Source of the DNA: Mobula birostris
Taxonomy: Eukaryota
DNA length: 64,000 nucleotides
Assembly (NCBI RefSeq): GCF_030028105.1
Contig: NC_092391.1
Span: forward strand, 27,253,223-27,317,222
Direction: 5' to 3'
The notes beneath the pieces are model-generated. The model saw only the letters and a list, made by a program, of their open reading frames with translations, had not been told where the DNA came from and did no database searches. Shown piece after piece: positions 51,369 through 63,654 of this stretch. The translations under genes were made by a program, and so were the position numbers. The first letter of the stretch is position 1. Each line of letters begins with the position of its first letter.

Positions 51369-51737
51369 GGTAGCCGATGGGTCTCAAACCCTCGGTGAGA
51401 TAGGGAGTTGTCTATCCCAGCACGTGAAGACAGACTCCGGCGGATTGAGCGGATGAGACCAGTGGAAGGTCCAACAGTCAAGAAGGCGGTCTCTGCAAGC
51501 GTCGTGGAACGTGTAGAGCAGGACAAGACACAGAAGACGTCCTGGTCATCCACTGCGCCTAGTCCCATCTCCAGCCGTCTAGACGCTGTCTTGCCACTGG
51601 ATCCAGATGGGAATTGGGAAGAGAGAGTGAGGCTGACGCTGCACAACTCTCCCTCACTTAAATCCAAATCACGCGCTAGTCTCGACACCATCATAATGGT
51701 GTCGAGGTCCTCATCGACGTCAATGATGGACGAACAA
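51186..51737 (+). mobile_element. Apparently full-length non-coding RTE-like retroposon with 5' HDV-like ribozyme fold
   Basis: 3' ~385 bp near-identical to 14138-14532; the 5' part folds into the HDV double pseudoknot. Confidence 0.8.
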
Positions 51738-52339
51738 GAGAACCATCAAGAAAACTGGTTATGCAGTACTGTGCAAAAGTCTTGGGCATATATATTTAGG
51801 GCCTCAGTTGGAGGGTTGATTTCAATATTGGGTACAGCACTTTCAGAAGGATAGCTTGACTCTACACATATTGTGTTGTTGGATTATGAATAAGATTATA
51901 AGAAACATAAGCAAACTTAGGCTATTAGGCCCTTTGTACATCCTTCTGTATTCAACAAAACCATCACCCGATCTCCATTCCCCTTGTACCAGCCATGATT
52001 CCCCTCTCCCTGTCCCCTTCCCACCCTCAGTCCACAATAGAGACCCATACCAGAATCAGGTTTATCACCACTCTCATATGTCATGTTTTTTTTGTGGCAG
52101 AAGTGCAATGCAATGCATAAAATTATTGCAATACTGTTTGGATTCCTGGATGTTAGGAAGTTTAGGCAAAAAAAAGCAGGTGTTTCATTTCATCAGAAAG
52201 TTCAGATGAGAAGGGGAGTGGTTGATGGAGATGGATGATCTCTTGAAAATGCTGAGTCTTTCCTTCTGCCATCAGATTTCTGAACATTGCATTAAATCAT
52301 AAACAGTATTTCATTATTCCTTTTACTTTGCACAGTTTA

Positions 52340-52726
52340 CAGTACCGTGTAAAAGCCTTAGACAGCAGAGATTTTTATATGGTTTCAGATGGTATGGCCT
52401 CCACAGGGCCCTGATCTCAACATCATCGAGACTGTCTGGGATCACCTGGAGAGACAGAAGCAAGTGAGACAGCCAGAGTCTGCAGAAGAACTGTGGCAAG
52501 TTCTCCAAGATGCTTGGAACAACCTACCAGCTGATTTTCATATAAAACTGCATGACAGTGTACCTAAGAGAATTGATGCGGTTTTAAGGGCAAAAGATGG
52601 TCACACCTTTGATTTGATTTAGTTTTTTTTAACTGTATTGTATTTTTTGATATTTAGAAACTGTCAATTTCATTATTTTGAAAGCATCTTTACAGATTTT
52701 TTGCTGAAGACTTTTTCACAGGACTG
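52340..52726 (+). mobile_element. Internally deleted Tc1 element
   Basis: WPPQGPDLNIIETVWDHLE transposase C-terminus; CAGTACCGTG... / ...CACAGGACTG ends. Confidence 0.8.
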
Positions 52727-53024
52727 CATTTATTCCGTAATTCACAGTATTTTAAATTATTTGCACTAATCTGCTGCCACGAAGCAACACATTTGATATA
52801 TAAGTGGGTGATAATAAACCCGATTCTGATTGTGGAAGATGGGGAAGGGGGGATGTGCATGTGGCAGAATTTTGCTGAAGTTGGTGGAAATTAAGAAGGC
52901 TGGTTTGTTGAATGTGGAGGCAGGTGGAGTGGAAGGACAGGATCTTGGGAACTATCTGTGGGAGGAGAAAGGGTTAGAGCAGATATAGGGGAAAGAAATG
53001 AGACAGTCAAGGTCACTTTCAACT

Positions 53025-53600
53025 ATAGATAGATACTTTATTGATAAAGAAAATTACACTGTCACAGTAGCATTACAAGTGCACAGATATACAAATATTA
53101 GAAGAGAAATATGAAAGAATAAAAATTACCTCGAACAGTCTATCAGGAGGGGAGTCATCACGTCCCCAGCTATAGGTTGACTCATAATAGAGCCTAATGG
53201 CTGAGGGTAAGAATGAGCTCATATAGCGCTCTTTGGATCAGCACAGCTGTCTTAGTCTATCACTAAAAGTGCTCCTCTGTCCAGCCAAGGTGGCATGCAG
53301 AGAGTGAGAAACATTGTCCAAAATTGCGAGTATTTTCCTTAGGGTCCTTTGTTCACTGTCAGCCTCCAGTGTGTCCAGTTTGACTCCTATAACACAGTCA
53401 GCCTTTCTAATCAGTTTATTGAGCCTGTTGGCATCACCTGTGTTGATGCCATTGCCCCAACACACCACCACATAGAAGATTGTACTGGGGCCAACAGACT
53501 GGTAGAACATGTGAAGGGGAGGCCTGCGTACTCCAGAGGGCCTCGGTCTCCTCAGGAGGTAGAGGCAACTCTGGCCCTCTTGTACACAGCCACTATGGTG
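53025..53600 (-). mobile_element. Rex1/Babar-like LINE 3' fragment
   Basis: MFYQSV...YVVVCWG...RLNKLIRKA. Confidence 0.75.
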
Positions 53601-54439
53601 TAGATAGAAGCTAGAATTAAGGAAAGCAATGAAGTCAGATGTACCTGTGTGAAAAGAACTTGCAAATGAAGCAGATATAATGGGGGTGGGGGTGGTGAAC
53701 TGGGAGAATGGAGAACCTGTAGCACTGGCCAGGGGTATAGCTGAGAGTGCCCTGGGAGTCCGTGACTTGCAATGGCTAACTTATCCTCTGAGAAGGAGAT
53801 GGAGGAAGAGAAGAGGAAAATCACAAATGGACCATGTAAAACTGTGGGCAGGGTGGAAACTGACAGTATAAACCCGAAGGGGTAAGATAGAGGAAATAGT
53901 AAATTTTACTGCTGGGAGACAGTGACCTAATTTTCTGTGGTGGGATCAGATTCAGAATCAAACTGGTTTAATGTCATACACACCAGGGTGTAATGAAATT
54001 CCTTGCTCGTCTGAAGCTCACGGTGTACGTGTTAATAATAAATATAACAATCTCAGCGTCCAGAGCAGAACAACAGATTGGCGCAAAGATAGCGGTGCAG
54101 TGAGAAATGATAATATGACAATAACCGAATTACCAAGAGAGATAGAGTTCGAGGACGTGGCAGGTGGACGAGGGGAACTTTGGCCCATGCGAGATCGAGG
54201 TAAGTTAGTCAGCCCGCCGCAATCCGCCCTTTTCAGCTTTTTTGACGACCACTGAATGAATGGGATGCTGGAAGTTGTGTGTGTAGGAGGTCAGGTCAGC
54301 AATTGACTCCTGGGGCGATGGAGGAACACAGCAGGTCAGCCAGCATCTACAGAGGGCACACTGCCTGACCTCCTGCGTTCCCCCGGCGTTTTGTGTTTTA
54401 CTCCAGATTTCCAGCATCGACAGTACAGTATCTTCATCA

Positions 54440-54565
54440 GCACTTCCGCCTTGTGCCTATCCCTTTAAATTGAACTCTCGCAGCGACATTAAGTAACGCG
54501 AGAGCAGGTTCGGGTATTACCCGGCATTCCGCGCTCTCGCCCTCTCTCTTTCTCTTCCCCCCGCC
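54440..54565 (+). promoter_or_regulatory. RPL7A: RPL7A promoter and 5'TOP tract
   Basis: CACTTCCG ETS-like site at 54441; pyrimidine tract CCTCTCTCTTTCTCTTCCCCCC just before GCCATG; YY1-like CGCCATTTT at 54763 in intron 1. Confidence 0.8.
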
Positions 54566-54568
54566 ATG
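54566..54568 (+). CDS. RPL7A: RPL7A exon 1 (ATG only)
   Basis: GCCATG|GTGAGG after the TOP tract. Confidence 0.92.
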
Positions 54569-56100
54569 GTGAGGCCGTGGTCTTTCTTTGTACCGTTCCG
54601 AATCCGCCGCCATCGGCGCTTCCTTAGGCGCGTCGCCCTCTCTGGTGCCCCGATGTCCATCGGCAGGCTTCCCGCTCCACCCGCAGTCCGAAATTAGGAC
54701 GCGATGGTGTGGTGAAGATGAAGTTTGAGGGAGGTTTATGTTCAAAGTGGGTTAGGGGGTACCGCCATTTTACAGTTGCGGATGGCCGGCTCCTGCTTGG
54801 AGCCCGGGGAAGGGTGGCTAACTCCTGCCCCAACCCGAGGTCCCGGAACGACCGTCTTATTTCCTTGCAGCTGTACCGCGTTTAGTGCAGGTCGAGTCTC
54901 GGTGTTTGCGCCGTGTCGGAAACTGCAGGCCCGCATTGCCCAGCGAGAGGGCCCGACGTTGCGGCGATAAGCAATTCAATTTGGTTCACGGTGAATGGAA
55001 TAGTTATAAAGTGGGAATGGTTCATGGGGCCTGCGGGTCTGGTGCGTTACACACGGGGAATTGCGATGCACAGGTTCCTAGCAGCGGAGGGTGTTGCCAC
55101 AGGCGGTTGTTTCTCTGGTGAGGTGCCGCATGACGAGTAGAGTTGAATTAGATGGCATAAACACTGGTATTGTTATTTCTGGTAAGTTATCAGTTACTGT
55201 GATTTGCTTTTGATTGAGGAAAGGTTAATAGATGGCGTCCGGCATTTGGAATTGAGACCATTGGTATTTTTTGATTTTATAGCAATTGTCCAGCATTGAG
55301 TGTATGCCACAACATTTCTAGACTTGCTGGTAGTCAAAAATGCCAGGAAGGAAGCTAATATCAACCTAGTGAAATGGACAGAAACGCATGAACTTTAATG
55401 CGTTTTGTACCAGTGAGCTAAAGCAACATGGAGGCTGCTGTTGAAGAAGGTGCAGGAACAGAACAAGCTGGAGGTCTGAGTGCACAATGGTAAAAGTCAG
55501 GAATGTGGTTGAGGAAGCAAGTGGTAAGACGTTCAGTTTTGGGCTTGTCAGCATTTATAACATCTTGTAGAGGTTTTAAAATTTTGGTCTGGTATCTGGA
55601 TTAGTGTTTTAATTTTGGTTGCTGCACAGGAAGGATGGGAAGGCTTTAAAGGTAATGCAGAAATGGATTTGTGTATCGTTCCTCCAATGGTTAGTTTAGA
55701 GGGGCTGGTGTTTATTCTTCAGAATAGATAAGACATAATGTTATTTGGCTGGTGTTTATTCTTCAGAATAGATAAGACATATGTTATTTGAGCAGTGGAC
55801 CAAATGCATTATCTGAGTGTTATTATCTTTGGGCTGGTATAGAACTAGTGATAAGTTTCAGGGAACGAATGAAGAGAATAAGTGGGGGTGCAGTATCGGG
55901 TTAAATTTGGAATGCATCAGCTTCCATTGTGGTCTCGAGGGGGAATTGTGATAAACAGTGCACCAGAATGTATTGTGGTTGACTGCTGTGCTGTAATCGC
56001 TCCTAATGCCTCTGGAAGTCAAAGCCAATGAGCTGATTTGGATGGCTTTAGGTGTTGGTAAGCTTGCTGTATCATTATCTGTGATTTCTGCCTTTTTCAG

Positions 56101-56221
56101 CCAAAAGGGAAGAAAGCCAAGGGCAAGAAGGTGGCCCCGGCCCCTTCAGTTGTCAAGAAGCATGAGGTGAAAAAAGTCGTAAATCCTCTTTTTGAAAAGA
56201 GGCCCAAGAACTTTGGGATTG
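56101..56221 (+). CDS. RPL7A: RPL7A exon 2
   Basis: [40 protein letters not shown]; AG/GT flanked. Confidence 0.97.
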
Positions 56222-57382
56222 GTGAGTTCTGCATTCAGTTAAAAAATCTTAAATACTGGGTAAGATTTGGGTGTGAATGGGAAACTTAAGAGCATTGACA
56301 GTGTTGAGCCAACCAAGATTATTGCTTTTTAACCCATTTAGGCCTGTCTTTTCTGAAATCACCAATGTTTAATTGGGTTACCCGAATGGGATGCTTCTTT
56401 CTACAGAAGGTGGGAAAAGTTTGCAACTCATTCTGTGAATAAAAACTAGTCAGATTATGTTCTGGGCTGTTTCTGGTTACCTTGGTATTACAGGAATGAG
56501 CAGGTTAAATAACACAAAATGCTGGAGGAACTCCAGCAGGTTAAGCATCACCTTTGGAAATCAATAAACAGTGTTCTGGGCCAAGAACTTTCTTTGGGAG
56601 GTGCCAGTTTAAAAAGCTGGGGAGGATAGTTAGGAGATGATGTGTGAAGCCATGTGGGTAGGAAAACAAATGGTTGGAGAGGAAGGAATCTGATGGGGAG
56701 AAGAGTGGTCAAGTCCTTATTGAATGTTGGAATACACATTCTGCTAGTAAAGCTGCTGGCTTGTTGATCACACCTCCAGTCTTGGAAAGCACCTAGTTAT
56801 TGGCAGGGGTTAAATTGTAGTTGGAGTTAAGGGCATCATTCAGTTTAAATTGAAATTTCATAATGTATATTTGCAGTAGTTGAAAGCTCATTGTCCTGCT
56901 GAAAGGTTTTGGCATGAAACATAGACTGTAATCTTTTTCAAGATGCCTGGCCTGCTGAGTTCCTCCAGGACTTTGTGTGTGTTGCTTGGATTTCCAGCAG
57001 CTGCAGATTTTTTCTTGTTTGTTTGTCATTATAATTTCTCCATGTTTTGATAGTATTTTGTTGTCTGTAAAAAGTTGCTGTAGTTGCTTGTAAACCGGAG
57101 TCATGGGTGGGTGAGGATATCTGAAACTGAAGACATTAAAGGTTTGAAGGCTTGTACTGATTTATTATTATACTGAGGTACATTGAAAAGCTGGTCCATG
57201 CTGTTCATACAGTGCAGTGAGATACAATGTGGTGAAACAATGCAGAATAAAGTATACAAACTACAGAGAAAGGTAAATAAGGTGCATGATTATAATTGGG
57301 TAGATTGAGGTCAGTTATCTCATCTGCTGGAGAGTGATGACAGGACAGAAGCTGTCTTGAGCCTGGGTCAGATAATGCCTGA

Positions 57383-57655
<273 letters not shown>

Positions 57656-57820
57656 TAGTGTTATAAAAGGCTTTGAAAGATGCCAAAATGAATTGTGTCT
57701 GCTGCACATCGCTCTTCCCTTGCCTCAACGTGTGAATTGTTTCTGGGTCTTAAGGAAATTCTTTTTCCTGTTTCCTCAGAGCATGAGGGGAAGGGTCAGT
57801 AGGTTGGGAATCTCGGAGTT

Positions 57821-57894
57821 TGCAGATGATGTAAACAGAATATTTGCTATCTGAGTTTAACGGATGACATTTATCCACCAAGATCGCTGATGCA
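57821..57894 (+). ncRNA. SNORD24: SNORD24 (U24) box C/D snoRNA
   Basis: TGCA terminal stem; box C ATGATGT; guide AGAATATTTGCTAT + CTGA (D'); guide CCACCAAGATCG + CTGA (D). Confidence 0.93.
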
Positions 57895-58009
57895 CTCTTG
57901 AGTCCCTCTACCAGCAGCAGCCTGTGAAACTAACACTTGCTTCCTGCCCCCACATTCTCTGCTCCACTCCGCCCAAAATATCCTGGTTAATGACGATTCA
58001 TTTTTGCAG

Positions 58010-58150
58010 CCACCCAGCTCTTCAAATTGGCACACAAGTACAGGCCTGAGACTAAACAAGAGAAGAAGCAAAGGTTGCTGGCCCGGGCTGAGCAGAAGGC
58101 GGCTGGGAAAGCTGACGCTCCCACAAAGAGACCTGCTGTTCTCAGAGCCG
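58010..58150 (+). CDS. RPL7A: RPL7A exon 4
   Basis: [47 protein letters not shown]. Confidence 0.97.
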
Positions 58151-58792
58151 GTAAGATGGGTTCACTGCTTGCTTAACTTGAACTGGCGACGCAGACTCAA
58201 TGGGCCAGGTGGCTGCTATATCTTATGGTCTAACTTGTAGTTGACATTGGATGTAGAAGTGAATGGCATTCTTGACTAAGGTGTGAGAGGATTGACACTA
58301 GTTCACTTGCCTTTCAGTTAGAATAGTTAGAGGGATATTATTGACTAGTATTGGGTATGGTGATGCGATTTCAGGGAGTTGCTTACAGTTAATAGCCATT
58401 GTGTACCTTTTATGGTGGACCTGACTTAATTCTTTGTAAGCTCAGCTTCTCGGGCAGCTTGTCTATTATTCCCTGACAATTCCAGTGCACTCTTCCGCTG
58501 GTTGTCTTCAGTGAGCTTTCTCATTTATTTGTTTTTGTGCCCTAATCTGTATTACTGTGTTCAACCACCACCTCTGTGTTTCTGGACTTGCTCTGGTTGA
58601 TTTTCTTAATTTTGTTAGAATCCCTCCCACACCTGTCTCTGGTTCTCTAAATCCACCAACTGCAGTGCATTTACTATTGATGACTTGGGGTTGTATTCCT
58701 AGGCTCTGCATTGGTGCTGAGGAAAGTTTACTGTTTTAAGTTTTGTTGCAGTCTCTCTCCAATCTCATTCTTGTGATAACAAATTGGCTAAT

Positions 58793-58870
58793 GTTGCAAT
58801 GATGTTTGAATTTCTTCACCTGAAGTTCAGCATGTAGATCAAACAAACGAGCTTTTTAACACTGAGCAAC
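58793..58870 (+). ncRNA. SNORD36: SNORD36 (U36) copy, intron 4
   Basis: GTTGC/GCAAC stem; box C; GAATTTCTTCAC-CTGA; GAGCTTTTTAACA-CTGA. Confidence 0.92.
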
Positions 58871-58961
58871 AAGCCATGGGTCTTCTCTCTCGCCTTCCTT
58901 GTGGATTGAGGATTTTTATTTTCTAAGGGATTTGGGGATACAAGCAGCAGTTAAATGTATA

Positions 58962-59532
58962 CGAGGGGTGATTGATAAGTTCATGGCCTACAGTAGAAGG
59001 AATCAATCTTAGAAAACCTAGCACATTTATTTTTCAACATAGTCCCCTCCTACGTTTACACACCTAGTCCAGTGGTCGTGGAGCATACGTATCTTGGACC
59101 TCCAGAAAGTGTCCACAGCAGGGGTGATTGATAGGTTCGTGGCCTAAGGTAGGAGACTAGTTATACAGCTCTTGTTACATGCATGTGCAGTTCAACTCTT
59201 TGAGTGATTATGCAGAAAGTTTGAAGTTAACAACTCATCTCCTTCTACCTTAGGCCACGAACTTATCAATCACCCCAATGAGTTATTAACTTCAAACTTT
59301 CTGCATAATCACGTGCATGTAACGAGAGCTGTATAATTCATCTTCTACCTTAGGCTACGAACTTATCAATCACCCCTGCTGTGGACACTTCCTGGAGGTC
59401 CATGATCCGTATGCTCCATGACCATTGGACTAAGTATGTAAAAGTATGAGGGGACTATGTTGAAAAATAAATGTGCTAGGTTTTCTAAAATTGACTCCTA
59501 CCTTAGGCCACAAACTTGACAATCATCTCTCG
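58962..59532. mobile_element. Palindromic mariner-like MITE with nested TIR copies
   Basis: TA-flanked; CGAGGGGTGATTGATAAGTT / AACTTGACAATCATCTCTCG ends; the two halves are reverse complements. Confidence 0.88.
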
Positions 59533-59632
59533 TAACTAATTGGTGCAGAAAGACTGGAGGATTTTGTTGTATACCTGATTCTGTAAGTGTTGCCTTGTTT
59601 GTCTCAAAGGCCATTATTCTGTCTTTGTACAG

Positions 59633-59712
59633 GTGTGAATACTGTCACCACATTGGTGGAGAATAAGAAAGCTCAGCTGGTGATTATTGCGCATGATGTT
59701 GATCCTATTGAG
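59633..59712 (+). CDS. RPL7A: RPL7A exon 5
   Basis: [27 protein letters not shown]. Confidence 0.97.
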
Positions 59713-60107
59713 GTAAGCTGTGCACTCCTTGCTCCCTAAATCTAGACCCAATTTGGGCGCCAGGCATAACTATACTGATGACTTAATGCTGCTGGAGATT
59801 TTCCCATCTGAGGTGATGGCATAGCTGTTTCAGAGATGGGCGATCTTTCATTATTTACGGAGGGGCTTTCTTCGATCATCAAGGCTGCTCTGCCCTACAC
59901 AAAGGATGATCTTACTCCTTGTGTCTCTATTTGTTGAGACTGGGATGAAGATGTTCTCAGTTTTGTTCCTTGTATTTGACCAAGCCAAATTCATAGATTG
60001 TGCATACTGGGAGCTGGAAGGTCATCATTGTTGGTGTGGCATGGGGGCTTGACTGGGTCATCAAAATCTCTGCTTCCCTATTAATCTGTTATGCATCAGC
60101 CTGGCTA

Positions 60108-60185
60108 ATGCGATGATGAATTTGAATTTCTTCACCTGAAGTTCAGTGTGTAGATCAGAGAAACGAGCTTTTTAACCCTGAGCAT
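60108..60185 (+). ncRNA. SNORD36: SNORD36 (U36) copy, intron 5
   Basis: ATGC/GCAT stem; box C ATGATGA; both guides followed by CTGA. Confidence 0.92.
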
Positions 60186-60619
60186 CAAGCCAAGGCTGTG
60201 CTGTATATCTGATTCAGAGGGACTTTCCCTTTCTCCTTAAACCTTATTTGTTCAGTGTTCCTTCCAGTAGTTTGGAATGAGAGAATTTTCAATTGAAATA
60301 AATCCCAGACACTTGTAGCAATGTGTGGGTGAAATGAGAAGTGTCAGTGTGTCAACTTGGTGCTTAAATTCCAAATTCCCACATGGTTCCTGCCTTCCCT
60401 GTTCCCAATTTCTTGTTCCTTTATTGCTAGGCATTTCGCTGCCTGAGCCTTGGGTGTAGCTTAAGCTTAATAGCTGAGTTCACTTTAAAACACACCAATT
60501 ACGCTAAAGGGTTTGACTTTAATTTGATAATTTTCTGTGAAATAGAATCTTTTGTATAAGAGTTGATTAGTCAAGCCAGTACTAATCTCCATTTTCCACT
60601 TCCCTGATGCCCCCTCCAG

Positions 60620-60750
60620 TTGGTTGTGTTCCTGCCTGCCCTCTGCCGTAAGATGGGAGTTCCTTATTGCATTGTCAAAGGCAAAGCCAGACTGGGGCGT
60701 CTTGTGCACAGGAAGACTGCCAGCTGCCTCGCTTTTGCACAACTAAACCC
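60620..60750 (+). CDS. RPL7A: RPL7A exon 6
   Basis: [43 protein letters not shown]. Confidence 0.97.
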
Positions 60751-61109
60751 GTGAGTAACCTGTCTATTACTGACGATTGGGAGTGGTGTGTCACTTGATC
60801 TGTTTACTGTGTTTTCATGTTGAAATGTTCAAGGGGGGTGGCGTGTCAGTCTCAACACTGAGGGGCATCTACATGTTGATCAGTCAGCAAGAGCTGATCC
60901 AATAGTATTTCCAGCATTTGGTGTGATGGTGGGGTAGAGTCCTTGCAGTTCTTGACCTATTGGTAATGAACTAAAAATGAATATTGAAAACAATGCCAGA
61001 AGGCTTCTTTGAGGGCACCGGCTCTTTGGGGTTTGATTCTGCTCTCTGTTGGCATATAGTACATTAAACCAGGGTGTACAGCTACTTCCTCTAGCTGGGC
61101 TGAACCAAG

Positions 61110-61183
61110 AATGCAATGATGTGCGATGAATTTCTTCACCTGAATAACCATGTGGTATTTTGAGCTTTTTAACCCTGAGCATT
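61110..61183 (+). ncRNA. SNORD36: SNORD36 (U36) copy, intron 6
   Basis: AATGC/GCATT stem plus outer TGAACCAA/TTGGTTCA; both guides followed by CTGA. Confidence 0.92.
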
Positions 61184-61258
61184 TGGTTCATTCAAATGCC
61201 TTTCCTAGTGCTCTCATATGTTCCAGAAAATAATGTTTATTTGTCTTCCCACCCCCAG

Positions 61259-61328
61259 TGAGGACAAGGGTGCAATTGCCAAGCTGATAGAGGCTGTGCG
61301 GACAAACTACAATGAGCGATATGATGAG
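61259..61328 (+). CDS. RPL7A: RPL7A exon 7
   Basis: [23 protein letters not shown]. Confidence 0.97.
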
Positions 61329-61726
61329 GTATGATCCTGGCTCTGCATCTTTACATTTGGTTATTTTCCCATGGGAAGTTGTCTCCCAGAATGCATTGAA
61401 GAGACAAATATAAGCTGAATAATCTTAAACTACCTGTAGGATGGGGATGATTGCGTATCCCTGCCTTGTGTGCAAGGGTTGCAGATCCGAGAGTCCTGGA
61501 ATATAATGGTTGGAAGAGGTGTGATTGTTAGGAGCCCAATTACTATCAGCTGAGTAACTGGGACATGAAAGACTATCTTGTCTTTTGGACGAAGTCAGAC
61601 TTTAACTGTAGACCCATAAGAGGGGTGGTGGTTATCCTGTGTGAATCCTGATAGATCTCTGGATCTTTCTGGGATGATGAGGCTAGTAGGACCAGTGTAG
61701 TGCCTGCAGAGAAGTTTGGTGCATGA

Positions 61727-61864
<138 letters not shown>

Positions 61865-62734
61865 ATTGTGTCGACTGTGCCCATTGTACATAAATAAAAG
61901 TAGTCATATTTTAACTTTTTTTGAATTGAGACTATCTGGTTGAACTGAGCTCAGTCTTGGGTATACTATAACTTTACAATTTGCCTACTTTCCCTTCTTA
62001 CACCTGATTAATGTTTATGAAGATTTGTGGTTCATTGTACTGTTGCATAAACATTGCAGCCATCTGCACTTTCACCTTGGTCTTAATCAGGTCAGTCATC
62101 AAGGAAGCCTACTTCCTTAGATTCTGTTTTTGCTGTTTGTGTTCCTACTTCAACTGAAGCACATTTTGATGGAGACTCAAGTTTAAGTACATTTTGGAAG
62201 TGTTGAGGAAACATGGCATTTTCATAAGAGTATTTGAATACTAGAGACTTGGATTAAATATCAACACTTGAATAGGTTTCTTTGTAATTGATTTTGTTGC
62301 AGGTCTAATGAGTTGACATAACTGCATTTAGCTACTTCATACTGGAGTACCAGATTCAAACATTTTAGTACTGTAATTTAAAGGATATTGGCATTATGGC
62401 AGGTAAATGCAGCACCGGCTATTACCCTGCCCAATGTTATCCAGTTAAGTCACCATTCCTGGTAACTAGGTTTCCTTCCATGTAGCAAAGATGTGCTGCT
62501 GGGTTAATGGGACTAATAAAGGATGTTGACATTGCTGGGAATGAACAGTGGATGGAATGGTTTGATACATTTTCCTATAGTTTTTGATCCCTGATGTAAA
62601 CTTTGGAGTTCTGTGCCAAATAATGTTCAACTAAAAGGTAGTCTTGATGCATTGATGTCTATCTTCAAGGCATTGGGAAGATAACACCAATTCTTGCCAG
62701 AGCAAATCCTTAGTCCACTAGCCAAGTTGGATTC

Positions 62735-62970
62735 TTTTTGGTGTGTGCATGCATCCGTGATGATGTCTTTCATGACTTACAAGGTGCGGAGAGAGACTGG
62801 CGTGCCACTCCTCACAGACATCTTCGCAGTATTTTCCCTTTATTTTACGAGGTTGCGTTGCAATCTTGACACTCAACCCAGCACGGATGGAAAGCGGACC
62901 CGACTAGTTTTGAACCCGGGAACCTCTGCTCCTGGGTCTGGCACTAATGTCATTGCGCCACCAGCTGGCT
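62735..62970 (-). mobile_element. tRNA-derived SINE
   Basis: Minus strand GCCAGCTGGTGGCGCAATG...GGTTCCCGGGTTCAAAAC (A/B box-like); head resembles the 6735 element. Confidence 0.6.
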
Positions 62971-63654
62971 TAGGGTTGGATTATTCTTAAAATCTTACGT
63001 GGAAAGATTACTAACAAGTATCTACTTGAAAAAGATTCCAGGATTTTTTTTGTCAAATTTGGACTCAGTGATGCCTGGAAATTGATCTTTGGCTCCTTAA
63101 AAGAATTGGTTGCTGTTCTGGGAGCCTCCATGTTACCTAGCACCTTTCCTGTCCATGGTTCCCACAGTTGCCTCATTAGCCATCTTAATCAGTTACAGTG
63201 GAAGCAACTCATTGACAAGCCAGAGGGTAATTGCAGTTGGAGAAACTAATTTTATTGGGAATATTAAGTGTGATTAATTGTAACATTTCCATTGGAAGAA
63301 CCTGGCAAGTAGAATGGAATGCCAAGCCAGTTCTTAGGCAGGGATTTTCCGGATGAACTTCTGGAACCACATATAGGAGGTAGCTGCACAAAGTCCATAC
63401 CTTTCAAATAAAGAAAAGATTGTGATAGAAATGAGAGGACAACAGGTTGAAGGTCTAATGATGGATTACTGATGAGGTGTTTAACGGCACAGACATGGAG
63501 ATGTTCCCACTTGTTGGGAAAAGGAAATTTAAGGAAATATCAGTCAAATCAATAGTGAACCTAAAAAGGAACTTCCTTTTCTTCAACGCATTGGGAAAAG
63601 GAATTTTCTTTTCTTCAAACCCCCCCCCCCCAAAAAAAAAGACTAGTAAGAACT

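Noticed and set aside
51340-51378. Twister ribozyme (CAAGCCGG..UAAA..GAGGG resemblance)
   Set aside because: I could not build the twister P1/P2 and pseudoknots; the HDV topology explains the same bases
51140-51854. 184-aa and 148-aa ORFs shared with 14123-14540
   Set aside because: Shared only because both are copies of one retroposon; no recognisable domain
62860-62970. tRNA gene
   Set aside because: A/B box-like motifs without a cloverleaf, continuing into a SINE body
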